From: Eledone cirrhosa
Lineage: Eukaryota
Assembly (NCBI GenBank): GCA_964016885.1
Contig: OZ024743.1
Coordinates: 138,446,001-138,510,000, forward strand
Length of the DNA stretch: 64,000 nt
Reading direction: 5' to 3'
The position numbers and the translations under genes are program-made. Each line of letters opens with the position of its first letter. Positions within the stretch are counted from its first letter, which is position 1. Under the pieces are notes generated by a model, which saw nothing but the letters and a program-made list of their open reading frames with translations, searched no databases and was not told where the DNA came from. Below, in pieces: positions 48,600 through 59,689 of this stretch.

Positions 48600-51500
48600 T
48601 GGTGCTTGGTTTTTGGTGCTTGGTACTTGGTGTTTGGTGCTTGGTGTTTGCTGTTTGCTGTTTGGTGTTTGGTGTTTGTTGTTTGCTGTTTGGTGTCTGC
48701 TTTTTGGTGTTTGTTGTTTGCTCTATGGTGTTTGCTGTTTCATGTTTGGTGTTTGCTGTTTGGTGTTTGGTGTTTGCTGTTTGGTGTTTGGTGCTTGGTG
48801 TTTGGTGCTTGGTGCTTGGTGTTTGGTGCTAGGTGCTTCATGCTTGGTGCTTGGTGTTTGGTGTTTGGTGCTTGGTACTTGGGGCTTGGTGTTTGGTGCT
48901 TGGTGCTTCGTGCTTGGTGTTTGGTGCTTGGTGCTTGGTGTTTGGTGTTTGGTGCTCGGTGCCTGGTGCTTGTTGTTTGGTGATTGGTGCTTGGTGTTTG
49001 CTGTTTGGTGCTGCGTGCTTGGTGCTTGGTGCTGGTGCTTGGTGCTTGGTGTTTTGTGTTTGGTGTTTGATGCTTGGTGTTTGGTGTTTGGTGCTTGGTT
49101 CTTGGTGTTTGGTGTTTGATGCTTGGTGCTTGATGCTTGGTGCTTGGTGCTTGGTGTTTGGTGCTTGGTGCTTGGTGTTTGTACTTGGTGTTTGGTGCTT
49201 GGTGTTTGGTGCTTGGTGCTTGGTGTTTGGTGCTTGGTGCTTGGTCCTTGGTGTCTGGTGCTTGGTGTTTGGTGCTTGGTGCCTGGTGCATGGTGTTTGT
49301 TGCTTGGTGCTTGGTGTTTGGTGTTTGGTGCTTGGTGTTTGGTGCTTGGTGCTTGGTGTTTGGTGTTTGGTGTTTGGTGCTTGCTGCTTGCTGCTTGGTG
49401 TTTGGTGCTTGGTGATTGGTGCTTGGTGTTTGGTGCTTGGTGCTTGGTGTTTGGTGCTAGGTGCTTGGTGCTTGGTGCTTGGTGTTTGGTGTTTGGTGCT
49501 TGGTACTTGGGGCTTTGTATTTGGTGCTTGGTGCTTCGTGTTTGGTGTTTGGTGCTTGGTGCTTGGTGTTTGGTGCTTGGTGTTTGGTGCTTGGTGCTTG
49601 GTGCTGTGTGGTTGGCGTTTGGTTCTTGGTGCTTGGTGTTTGGTGCTTGGTGCTTGGTGCTTGGTGTTTGGTGCTTGGTGTTTGGTGTTTGGTGCTTGGT
49701 GCTTGGTGTTTGGTGCTTGGTGCTTGGTGATTAGTGTTTGGTGCTTGGTGCTTGGGGTTTGGTGTTTGGTCCTTGGTGCTTGGTGTTTGGTGCTTGGTGC
49801 TTGGTGTTTGGTGCTTGGTGCTTGGTGCTTGGTCCTTGGTGTTTGGTGCTGGGTGCTTTGTGTTTGGTGCTTGGTGCTTGGTGTTTGGTGTTTGCTGCTT
49901 GGTGTTTGATGCTTGGTGCTTGGTGCTTGGTGTTTTGTGTTTGGTGCTTGGTGTTTGGTGCTTGGTGCTTGGTGTTTGTACTTGGTGCTTGGTGCTTGGT
50001 GCTTGGTGTTTGGTGTTTGGTGCTTGGTGTTTGGTGCTTGGTGCTTGGTGCTTGGTGTTAGGTGTTTAGTGCTTGGTGCTTGCTGTTTGGTGCTTGGTGT
50101 TTGGTGTTTGTTGTTTGGTGCTTGGTGTCTGGTGCTTGGTGTTTGGTGTTTGGTGCTTGGTGTTTGGTGTTCGGTGTTTGGTGCTTGGTGCTTGGTGTTT
50201 GGTGTTCGGTGTTTGGTGCTTGGTGCTTGGTGTTTGGTGTTTGGTGCTTGGTGTTTGGTGTTTGGTGCTTTTTGCTTGGTGCTTGGTGCTTGGTGTTTGG
50301 TGCTTGGTGCTTGGTGTTTGGTGCTAGGTGCTTGGTGCTTGGTGTTTGACTGTTTGGTGCTTGGTGCTTGGTGTTTGGTGTTTGGTGTTATATGCTTGGT
50401 GTTTGATGCTTGGTGCTTGGTGCTTGGTGTTTGGTGTTTGGTGTTTGATGCTTGGTGCTTGGTGCTTGGTGTTTGGTCTTTGGTGCTTGGTGTTTGTACT
50501 TGGTGCTTGGTGCTTGGTGCTTGGTGTTTGGTGCTTGGTGTTTGGTGCTTGGTGCTTGGTGCTTGGTGCTTGGTGTTTGGTGGTTGGTGTTTGGTGCTTG
50601 GTGTTAGGTGTTTGGTGCTTGGTGTTTGGTGTTTGGTGCTTGGTGTTTGGTGCTTGGTACTTGGTGCTTGGTGCTTGGTGTTAGGTGTTTGGTGCTTGGT
50701 GCTTGGTGCTTGGTGTTTGGTGCTTGGTGTTTGGTTCTTGGTGCTTGGTGCTTGGTGCTTGGTGCTTGGTGTTTGGTGGTTGGTGTTTGGTGCTTGGTGT
50801 TAGGTGTTTGGTGCTTGATTCTTGGTGTTTGGTTCTTTTTGCTTGGTGCTTGGTGCTTGGTGTTTGGTGCTTGATGCTTGGTGTTTGGTGCTGGGTGCTT
50901 GGTGCTTGGTGTTTGGTGTTTGGTGATTGGTGCTTGGTGTTTGGTGTTTGGTGTTATATGCTTGGTGTTTGATGCTTGGTGCTTGGTGCTTGGTGTTTGG
51001 TACTTGGTGATTGATGCTTGGTGCTTGGTGCTTGGTGTTTGGTGCTTGGTGCTTGGTGTTTGGTGCTTGGTGCTTGGTGTTTGGTGCTTGGTGTTTGGTG
51101 CTTGGTGTTTGGTGATTGGTGCTTGGTGCTTGGTGCTTGGTGCTTGGTGTTTGGTGGTTGGTGCTTGGTGCTTGGTGTTAGGTGTTTGGTGCTTGGTGCT
51201 TGGTGTTTGGTGTTTGGTGCTTGGTGTTTGGTGTTTGGTGCTTGGTGTTTGGTGCTTGGTACTTGGTGCTTGGTGCTTGGTGTTAGGTGTTTGGTGCTTG
51301 GTGCTTGGTGATTAGTGTTTGGTGCTTGGTGCTTGTGGTTTGGTGTTTGGTCCTTGGTGCTTGGTGTTTGGTGCTTGGTGCTTGGTGTTTGGTGCTTGGT
51401 GTTTGGTGTTTGGTGTTTGGTGTTTGGTGCTAGGTGCTTGGTGTTTGGTGCTTGGTGCTTGGTGTTTGTACTTGGTGCTTGGTGCTTGGTTCTTGGTGTT

Positions 51501-53305
51501 TGGTGCTTGGTGCTTGGTGTTTGGTGCTTGGTGCTTGGTGTTTGGTGCTTGGTGATTGGTGCTTGGTGTTTGGTGCTTGGTGCTTGGTGCTTGGTGTTTG
51601 GTGCTTGGTGTTTGGTGCTTGGTGTTAGGTCTTTGGTGCTTGGTGTTTGGTGTTATATGCTTGGTGTTTGATGCTTGGTGCTTGGTGCTTGGTGTTTGGT
51701 GCTTGGTGCTTGATGCTTGGTGCTTGGTTCTTGGTGTTTGGTGCTTGGTGCTTGGTGCTTGGTGTTTGGTGTTTGGTGTTTGGTTTTTGGTACTTGGTCC
51801 TTGGTGTTTGGTGCTGGGTGCTTTGTGTTTGGTACTTGGTGCTTGGTGTTTGGTGTTTGCTGCTTGGTGTTTGATGCTTGGTGCTTGGTGCTTGGTGTTT
51901 TGTGTTTGGTGCTTGGTGCTTGGTGTTTGGTGCTTGGTGCTTGGTGTTTGGTGCCTGGTGCGTGGTGCTTGGTGCTTGGTCCTTGGTGTTTGGTGCTGGG
52001 TGCTTGGTGTTTGATGCTTGGTGCTTGGTGTTTGGTGCTTGGTGCTTGGTGTTTGGGCTTGGTGCTGGTTGGTTGGTGTTTGGTGCTTGGTGTTTGGTGC
52101 TTGGTTTTTGGTGCTTGGTACTTGGTGTTTGGTGCTTGGTGTTTGCTGTTTGCTGTTTGGTGTTTGGTGTTTGTTGTTTGCTGTTTGGTGTCTGCTTTTT
52201 GGTGTTTGTTGTTTGCTCTATGGTGTTTGCTGTTTCATGTTTGGTGTTTGCTGTTTGGTGTTTGGTGTTTGCTGTTTGGTGTTTGGTGCTTGGTGTTTGG
52301 TGCTTGGTGCTTGGTGTTTGGTGCTAGGTGCTTCATGCTTGGTGCTTGGTGTTTGGTGTTTGGTGCTTGGTACTTGGGGCTTGGTGTTTGGTGCTTGGTG
52401 CTTCGTGCTTGGTGTTTGGTGCTTGGTGCTTGGTGTTTGGTGTTTGGTGCTCGGTGCCTGGTGCTTGTTGTTTGGTGATTGGTGCTTGGTGTTTGCTGTT
52501 TGGTGCTGCGTGCTTGGTGCTTGGTGCTGGTGCTTGGTGCTTGGTGTTTTGTGTTTGGTGTTTGATGCTTGGTGTTTGGTGTTTGGTGCTTGGTTCTTGG
52601 TGTTTGGTGTTTGATGCTTGGTGCTTGATGCTTGGTGCTTGGTGCTTGGTGTTTGGTGCTTGGTGCTTGGTGTTTGTACTTGGTGTTTGGTGCTTGGTGT
52701 TTGGTGCTTGGTGCTTGGTGTTTGGTGCTTGGTGCTTGGTCCTTGGTGTCTGGTGCTTGGTGTTTGGTGCTTGGTGCCTGGTGCATGGTGTTTGTTGCTT
52801 GGTGCTTGGTGTTTGGTGTTTGGTGCTTGGTGTTTGGTGCTTGGTGCTTGGTGTTTGGTGTTTGGTGTTTGGTGCTTGCTGCTTGCTGCTTGGTGTTTGG
52901 TGCTTGGTGATTGGTGCTTGGTGTTTGGTGCTTGGTGCTTGGTGTTTGGTGCTAGGTGCTTGGTGCTTGGTGCTTGGTGTTTGGTGTTTGGTGCTTGGTA
53001 CTTGGGGCTTTGTATTTGGTGCTTGGTGCTTCGTGTTTGGTGTTTGGTGCTTGGTGCTTGGTGTTTGGTGCTTGGTGTTTGGTGCTTGGTGCTTGGTGCT
53101 GTGTGGTTGGCGTTTGGTTCTTGGTGCTTGGTGTTTGGTGCTTGGTGCTTGGTGCTTGGTGTTTGGTGCTTGGTGCTTGGTGTTTGGTGCTTGGTGCTTG
53201 GTGTTTGGTGCTTGGTGCTTGGTGATTAGTGTTTGGTGCTTGGTGCTTGGGGTTTGGTGTTTGGTCCTTGGTGCTTGGTGTTTGGTGCTTGGTGCTTGGT
53301 GTTTG
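48600..53305 (+). repeat. Duplication ~48600-49810 / ~52095-53305 (offset 3495)
   Basis: GCTCGGTGCC at 48954 and 52449; identical minus-strand ORF translations 48740/52235; ORF pair 49123/52618. Confidence 0.9.
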
Positions 53306-56300
53306 GTGCTTGGTGTTTGCTGTTTGCTGTTTGCTGTTTGGTGTCTGCTTTTTGGTGTTTGTTGTTTGATGTATGGTGTTTGCTGTTTCGTGTTTATTGT
53401 TTGCTGTTTGGTGTTTGGTGTTTGGTGTTTGGTGTTTCCTGTTTGGTCTTTAGTCTTTGGTGCTTCGTGTTCGGTGCTTGGTGCTTGGTATTTGGTGTTT
53501 GGTGTTTGGTGCTTGGTGCTTGGTGTTTAGTGCTTGGTGCTTAGTGTTTGGTGCTAGGTGCTTGGGGTTTGGTGTTTGGTGCTTGGTGTTTGGTGCTTGG
53601 TGCTTGGTGTTTGGTGCTTGGTGTTTGGTGTTTGCTGTTTGCTGTTTGGTGTTTGATGTTTGGTGTTTGTTGTTTGGTGTTTGCTGTTTGGTGTTTCGTG
53701 TTTGCTGTTTCGTGTCTGCTTTTTGGTGTTTGGTGTTTGCTGTATGTTGTTTGCTGTTTGGTGTTTGGTGTTTGGTGTTTGGTGCTTGGTGCTTGGTGTT
53801 TGGTGCTTGGTGCTTGGTGTTTGGTGCCTGGTGCTTGGTGCTTGGTGTTTGGTGTTTGGTGTTTGGTGCTTGGTGCTTGGTGCTTGGTGTTTTGTGTTTG
53901 GTGTTTGGGTTTTGGTGCTTGGTGTTTGGTTTTTGGTTCTTGGTGTTTGGTGTTTGGTATTTGGTGTTTGGTGCTTGTTGCTTGGTGTTTTGTGCTTGGT
54001 GCTTGGTGTTTGGTGCCTGGTGCTTGGTGCTTGGTGCTTGGTGTTTGGTGTTTGGTGCTTGGTGCTTGTTGTTTCGGGTTTGGTGTTTGGTTTTTGGTGC
54101 TTGGTGCTTGGTGCTTGGTCCTTGGTGTTTGGTGCTGGGTGCTTTGTGTTTGGTGCTTGGTGCTTGGTGTTTGGTGTTTGCTGCTTGGTGTTTGATGCTT
54201 GGTGCTTGGTGCTTGGTGTTTTGTGTTTGGTGCTTGGTGTTTGGTGCTTGGTGCTTGGTGTTTGTACTTGGTGCTTGGTGCTTGGTGCTTGGTGTTTGGT
54301 GTTTGGTGCTTGGTGTTTGGTGCTTGGTGCTTGGTGCTTGGTGTTAGGTGTTTAGTGCTTGGTGCTTGCTGTTTGGTGCTTGGTGTTTGGTGTTTGTTGT
54401 TTGGTGCTTGGTGTCTGGTGCTTGGTGTTTGGTGTTTGGTGCTTGGTGTTTGGTGTTCGGTGTTTGGTGCTTGGTGCTTGGTGTTTGGTGTTCGGTGTTT
54501 GGTGCTTGGTGCTTGGTGTTTGGTGTTTGGTGCTTGGTGTTTGGTGTTTGGTGCTTTTTGCTTGGTGCTTGGTGCTTGGTGTTTGGTGCTTGGTGCTTGG
54601 TGTTTGGTGCTAGGTGCTTGGTGCTTGGTGTTTGACTGTTTGGTGCTTGGTGCTTGGTGTTTGGTGTTTGGTGTTATATGCTTGGTGTTTGATGCTTGGT
54701 GCTTGGTGCTTGGTGTTTGGTGTTTGGTGTTTGATGCTTGGTGCTTGGTGCTTGGTGTTTGGTCTTTGGTGCTTGGTGTTTGTACTTGGTGCTTGGTGCT
54801 TGGTGCTTGGTGTTTGGTGCTTGGTGTTTGGTGCTTGGTGCTTGGTGCTTGGTGCTTGGTGTTTGGTGGTTGGTGTTTGGTGCTTGGTGTTAGGTGTTTG
54901 GTGCTTGGTGTTTGGTGTTTGGTGCTTGGTGTTTGGTGCTTGGTACTTGGTGCTTGGTGCTTGGTGTTAGGTGTTTGGTGCTTGGTGCTTGGTGCTTGGT
55001 GTTTGGTGCTTGGTGTTTGGTTCTTGGTGCTTGGTGCTTGGTGCTTGGTGCTTGGTGTTTGGTGGTTGGTGTTTGGTGCTTGGTGTTAGGTGTTTGGTGC
55101 TTGATTCTTGGTGTTTGGTTCTTTTTGCCTGGTGCTTGGTGCTTGGTGTTTGGTGCTTGATGCTTGGTGTTTGGTGCTGGGTGCTTGGTGCTTGGTGTTT
55201 GGTGTTTGGTGATTGGTGCTTGGTGTTTGGTGTTTGGTGTTATATGCTTGGTGTTTGATGCTTGGTGCTTGGTGCTTGGTGTTTGGTACTTGGTGATTGA
55301 TGCTTGGTGCTTGGTGCTTGGTGTTTGGTGCTTGGTGCTTGGTGTTTGGTGCTTGGTGCTTGGTGTTTGGTGCTTGGTGTTTGGTGCTTGGTGTTTGGTG
55401 ATTGGTGCTTGGTGCTTGGTGCTTGGTGCTTGGTGTTTGGTGGTTGGTGCTTGGTGCTTGGTGTTAGGTGTTTGGTGCTTGGTACTTGGTGTTTGGTGTT
55501 TGGTGCTTGGTGTTTGGTGTTTGGTGCTTGGTGTTTGGTGCTTGGTACTTGGTGCTTGGTGCTAGGTGTTAGGTGTTTGGTGCTTGGTGCTTGGTGATTA
55601 GTGTTTGGTGCTTGGTGCTTGTGGTTTGGTGTTTGGTCCTTGGTGCTTGGTGTTTGGTGCTTGGTGCTTGGTGTTTGGTGCTTGGTGTTTGGTGTTTGGT
55701 GTTTGGTGTTTGGTGCTAGGTGCTTGGTGTTTGGTGCTTGGTGATAGGTGTTTGTACTTGGTGCTTGGTGCTTGGTTCTTGGTGTTTGGTGCTTGGTGCT
55801 TGGTGTTTGGTGCTTGGTGCTTGGTGTTTGGTGCTTGGTGATTGGTGCTTGGTGTTTGGTGCTTGGTGTTTGGTGCTTGGTGTTAGGTCTTTGGTGCTTG
55901 GTGTTTGGTGTTATATGCTTGGTGTTTGATGCTTGGTGCTTGGTGCTTGGTGTTTGGTGCTTGGTGCTTGATGCTTGGTGCTTGGTTCTTGGTGTTTGGT
56001 GCTTGGTGCTTGGTGCTTGGTGTTTGGTGTTTGGTGTTTGGTTTTTGGTACTTGGTCCTTGGTGTTTGGTGCTGGGTGCTTTGTGTTTGGTACTTGGTGC
56101 TTGGTGTTTGGTGTTTGCTGCTTGGTGTTTGATGCTTGGTGCTTGGTGCTTGGTGTTTTGTGTTTGGTGCTTGGTGCTTGGTGTTTGGTGCTTGGTGCTT
56201 GGTGTTTGGTGCCTGGTGCGTGGTGCTTGGTGCTTGGTCCTTGGTGTTTGGTGCTGGGTGCTTGGTGTTTGATGCTTGGTGCTTGGTGTTTGGTGCTTGG

Positions 56301-59130
56301 TGCTTGGTGTTTGGGCTTGGTGCTGGTTGGTTGGTGTTTGGTGCTTGGTGTTTGGTGCTGGGTGCTTGGTGTTTGGTGCTTGGTGCTTGGTCTTTGGTGC
56401 TTGGTGTTTGGTGTTTGGTGCTTGGTGCTTGGTGTTTGGTGCTTGGTGCTTGGTGTTTAGTGCTTGGTGCTTAGTGTTTGGTGCTAGGTGCTTGGGGTTT
56501 GGTGTTTGGTGCTTGGTGTTTGGTGCTTGGTGCTTGGTGTTTGGTGCTTGGTGTTTGGTGTTTGCTGTTTGCTGTTTGGTGTTTGTTGTTTGGTGTTTGT
56601 TGTTTGGTGTTTGCTGTTTGGTGTTTCGTGTTTGCTGTTTCGTGTCTGCTTTTTGGTGTTTGGTGTTTGCTGTATGTTGTTTGCTGTTTGGTGTTTGGTG
56701 TTTGGTGTTTGGTGCTTGGTGCTTGGTGTTTGGTGCTTGGTGCTTGGTGTTTGGTGCCTGGTGCTTGGTGCTTGGTGTTTGGTGTTTGGTGTTTGGTGCT
56801 TGGTGCTTGGTGCTTGGTGTTTTGTGTTTGGTGTTTGTGTTTTGGTGCTTGGTGTTTGGTTCTTGGTTCTTGGTGTTTGGTGTTTGGTATTTGGTGTTTG
56901 GTGCTTGTTGCTTGGTGTTTTGTGCTTGGTGCTTGGTGTTTGGTGCCTGGTGCTTGGTGCTTGGTGCTTGGTGTTTGGTGTTTGGTGCTTGGTGCTTGTT
57001 GTTTTGGGTTTGGTGTTTGGTTTTTGGTGCTTGGTGCTTGGTGCTTGGTCCTTGGTGTTTGGTGCTGGGTGCTTTGTGTTTGGTGCTTGGTGCTTGGTGT
57101 TTGGTGTTTGCTGCTTGGTGTTTGATGCTTGGTGCTTGGTGCTTGGTGTTTTGTGTTTGGTGCTTGGTGTTTGGTGCTTGGTGCTTGGTGTTTGTACTTG
57201 GTGCTTGGTGCTTGGTGCTTGGTGTTTGGTGTTTGGTGCTTGGTGTTTGGTGCTTGGTGCTTGGTGCTTGGTGTTAGGTGTTTAGTGCTTGGTGCTTGGT
57301 GTTTGGTGCTTGGTGTTTGCTGTTTGCTGTTTGGTGTTTGGTCTTTGGTGTTTGGTGTTTGCTGTTTGGTGTCTGCTTTTTGGTGTTTAGTGTTTGCTGT
57401 ATGGTGTTTGCTGTTTCGTGTTTGGTGTTTGTTGTTTGGTGTTTGGTCTTTGGTGCTTGGTGCTTGGTGCTTGGTGCTTGGTGCTTGGTGCTTGGTGTTT
57501 GGTGTTTGGTGCTTGGTGCTTGGTGTTTGGTGTTTGTTGTTTGGTGCTTGGTGTCTGGTGCTTGGTGTTTGGTGTTTGGTGCTTGGTGTTTGGTGTTCGG
57601 TGTTTGGTGCTTGGTGCTTGGTGTTTGGTGTTCGGTGTTTGGTGCTTGGTGCTTGGTGTTTGGTGTTTGGTGCTTGGTGTTTGGTGTTTGGTGCTTTTTT
57701 CTTGGTGCTTGGTGCTTGGTGTTTGCTGCTTGGTGCTTGGTGTTTGGTGCTGGGTGCTTGGTGCTTGGTGTTTGACTGTTTGGTGCTTGGTGCTTGGTGT
57801 TTGGTGTTTGGTGTTATATGCTTGGTGTTTGATGCTTGGTGCTTGGTGCTTGGTGTTTGGTGTTTGGTGTTTGATGCTTGGTGCTTGGTGCTTGGTGTTT
57901 GGTCTTTGGTGCTTGGTGTTTGTACTTGGTGCTTGGTGCTTGGTGCTTGGTGTTTGGTGCTTGGTGTTTGGTGCTTGGTGCTTGGTGCTTGGTGCTTGGT
58001 GTTTGGTGGTTGGTGTTTGGTGCTTGGTGTTAGGCGTTTGGTGCTTGGTGTTTGGTGTTTGGTGCTTGGTGTTTGGTGCTTGGTACTTGGTGCTTGGTGC
58101 TTGGTGTTAGGTGTTTGGTGCTTGGTGCTTGGTGCTTGGTGTTTGGTGCTTGGTGTTTGGTGCTTGGTGCTTGGTGCTTGGTGCTTGGTGTTTGGTGGTT
58201 GGTGTTTGGTGCTTGGTGTTAGGTGTTTGGTGCTTGATGCTTGGTGTTTGGTGCTTTTTGCTTGGTGCTTGGTGCTTGGTGTTTGGTGCTTGATGCTTGG
58301 TGTTTGGTGCTGGGTGCTTGGTGCTTGGTGTTTGGTGTTTGGTGATTGGTGCTTGGTGTTTGGTGTTTGGTGTTTGGTGTTATATGCTTGGTGTTTGATG
58401 CTTGGTGCTTGGTGCTTGGTGTTTGGTACTTGGTGATTGATGCTTGGTGCTTGGTGCTTGGTGTTTGGTGCTTGGTGTTTGGTGATTGGTGCTTGGTGCT
58501 TGGTGCTTGGTGCTTGGTGTTTGGTGGTTGGTGCTTGGTGCTTGGTGTTAGGTGTTTGGTGCTTGGTGCTTGGTGTTTGGTGTTTGGTGCTTGGTGTTTG
58601 GTGTTTGGTGCTTGGTGTTTGGTGCTTGGTACTTGGTGCTTGGTGCTTGGTGTTAGGTGTTTGGTGCTTGGTGCTTGGTGTCTGGTTTTTGGTGCTTGGT
58701 GCTTGGTGTTTGGTGTTTGGTGCTTGCTGCTGGCTGCTTGGTGTTTGGTGCTTGGTGATTGGTGCTTGGTGTTTGGTGCTTGGTGTTTGGTGTTTGGTGC
58801 TAGGTGCTTGGTGTTTGGTGCTTGGTGCTTGGTGTTTGTACTTGGTGCTTGGTGCTTGGTTCTTGGTGTTTGGTGCTTGGTGCTTGGTGTTTGGTGCTTG
58901 GTGCTTGGTGTTTGGTGCTTGGTGATTGGTGCTTGGTGTTTGGTGCTTGGTGCTTGGTGCTTGGTGTTTGGTGCTTGGTGTTTGGTGCTTGGTGTTAGGT
59001 CTTTGGTGCTTGGTGTTTGGTGTTATATGCTTGGTGTTTGATGCTTGGTGCTTGGTGCTTGGTGTTTGGTGCTTGGTGCTTGATGCTTGGTGCTTGGTTC
59101 TTGGTGTTTGGTGCTTGGTGCTTGGTGTTT
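49810..59130 (+). repeat. Three related copies of a ~2-3 kb block (offsets 4286/4258, then 2930/3140)
   Basis: 8-bp variant TTGACTGT at 50346, 54632 and 57772; ORF pairs 49913/54199, 50878/55164, 52018/56276, 53548/56478 and 54199/57129. Confidence 0.88.
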
Positions 59131-59689
59131 GTACTTGGTGCTTGGTGCTTGGTTCTTGGTGTTTGGTGCTTGGTGCTTGGTGTTTGGTGCTTGGTGCTTG
59201 GTGTTTGGTGCTTAGTGTTTAGTCCTTGGTGCTTGGTGCTTGGTGCTTGGTGTTTGGTGCTTGGTGTTTGGTGCTTGGTGTTTGGTGCTTGGTGTTTGGT
59301 GTTTGTTGCTTGGTGCTTGGTGTTTGGTGTTTGGTGCTTGGTGTTTGGTGCTTGGTGTTTGGTGTTAGGTGTTTGGTGCTTGGTGTTTGGTGTTTGGTGC
59401 TTGGTGTTTGGTGCTTGGTGCTTGGTGTTTGGTGCTTGGTACTTGGTGCTTGGTGCTTGGTGTTAGGTGTTTGGTGCTTGGTGCTTGGTGTTTGGTTTTT
59501 GGTGCTTGGTGCTTGGTGTTTGGTGTTTGGTGCTTGCTGCTGGCTGCTTGGTGTTTGATGCTTGGTGATTGGTGCTTGGTGTTTGGTGCTTGGTGTTTGG
59601 TGTTTGGTGCTAGGTGCCTGGTGTTTGGTGCTTGGTGTTTGGTGCTTGGTGTTTGGTGTTTGGTGTTTGGTGCTTGGTGCTTGGTGTTT

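Noticed and set aside
50387-50396. TTATAT as a TATA or -10 promoter element
   Set aside because: It is a variant heptamer copied with its block. There is no downstream gene or other promoter context.
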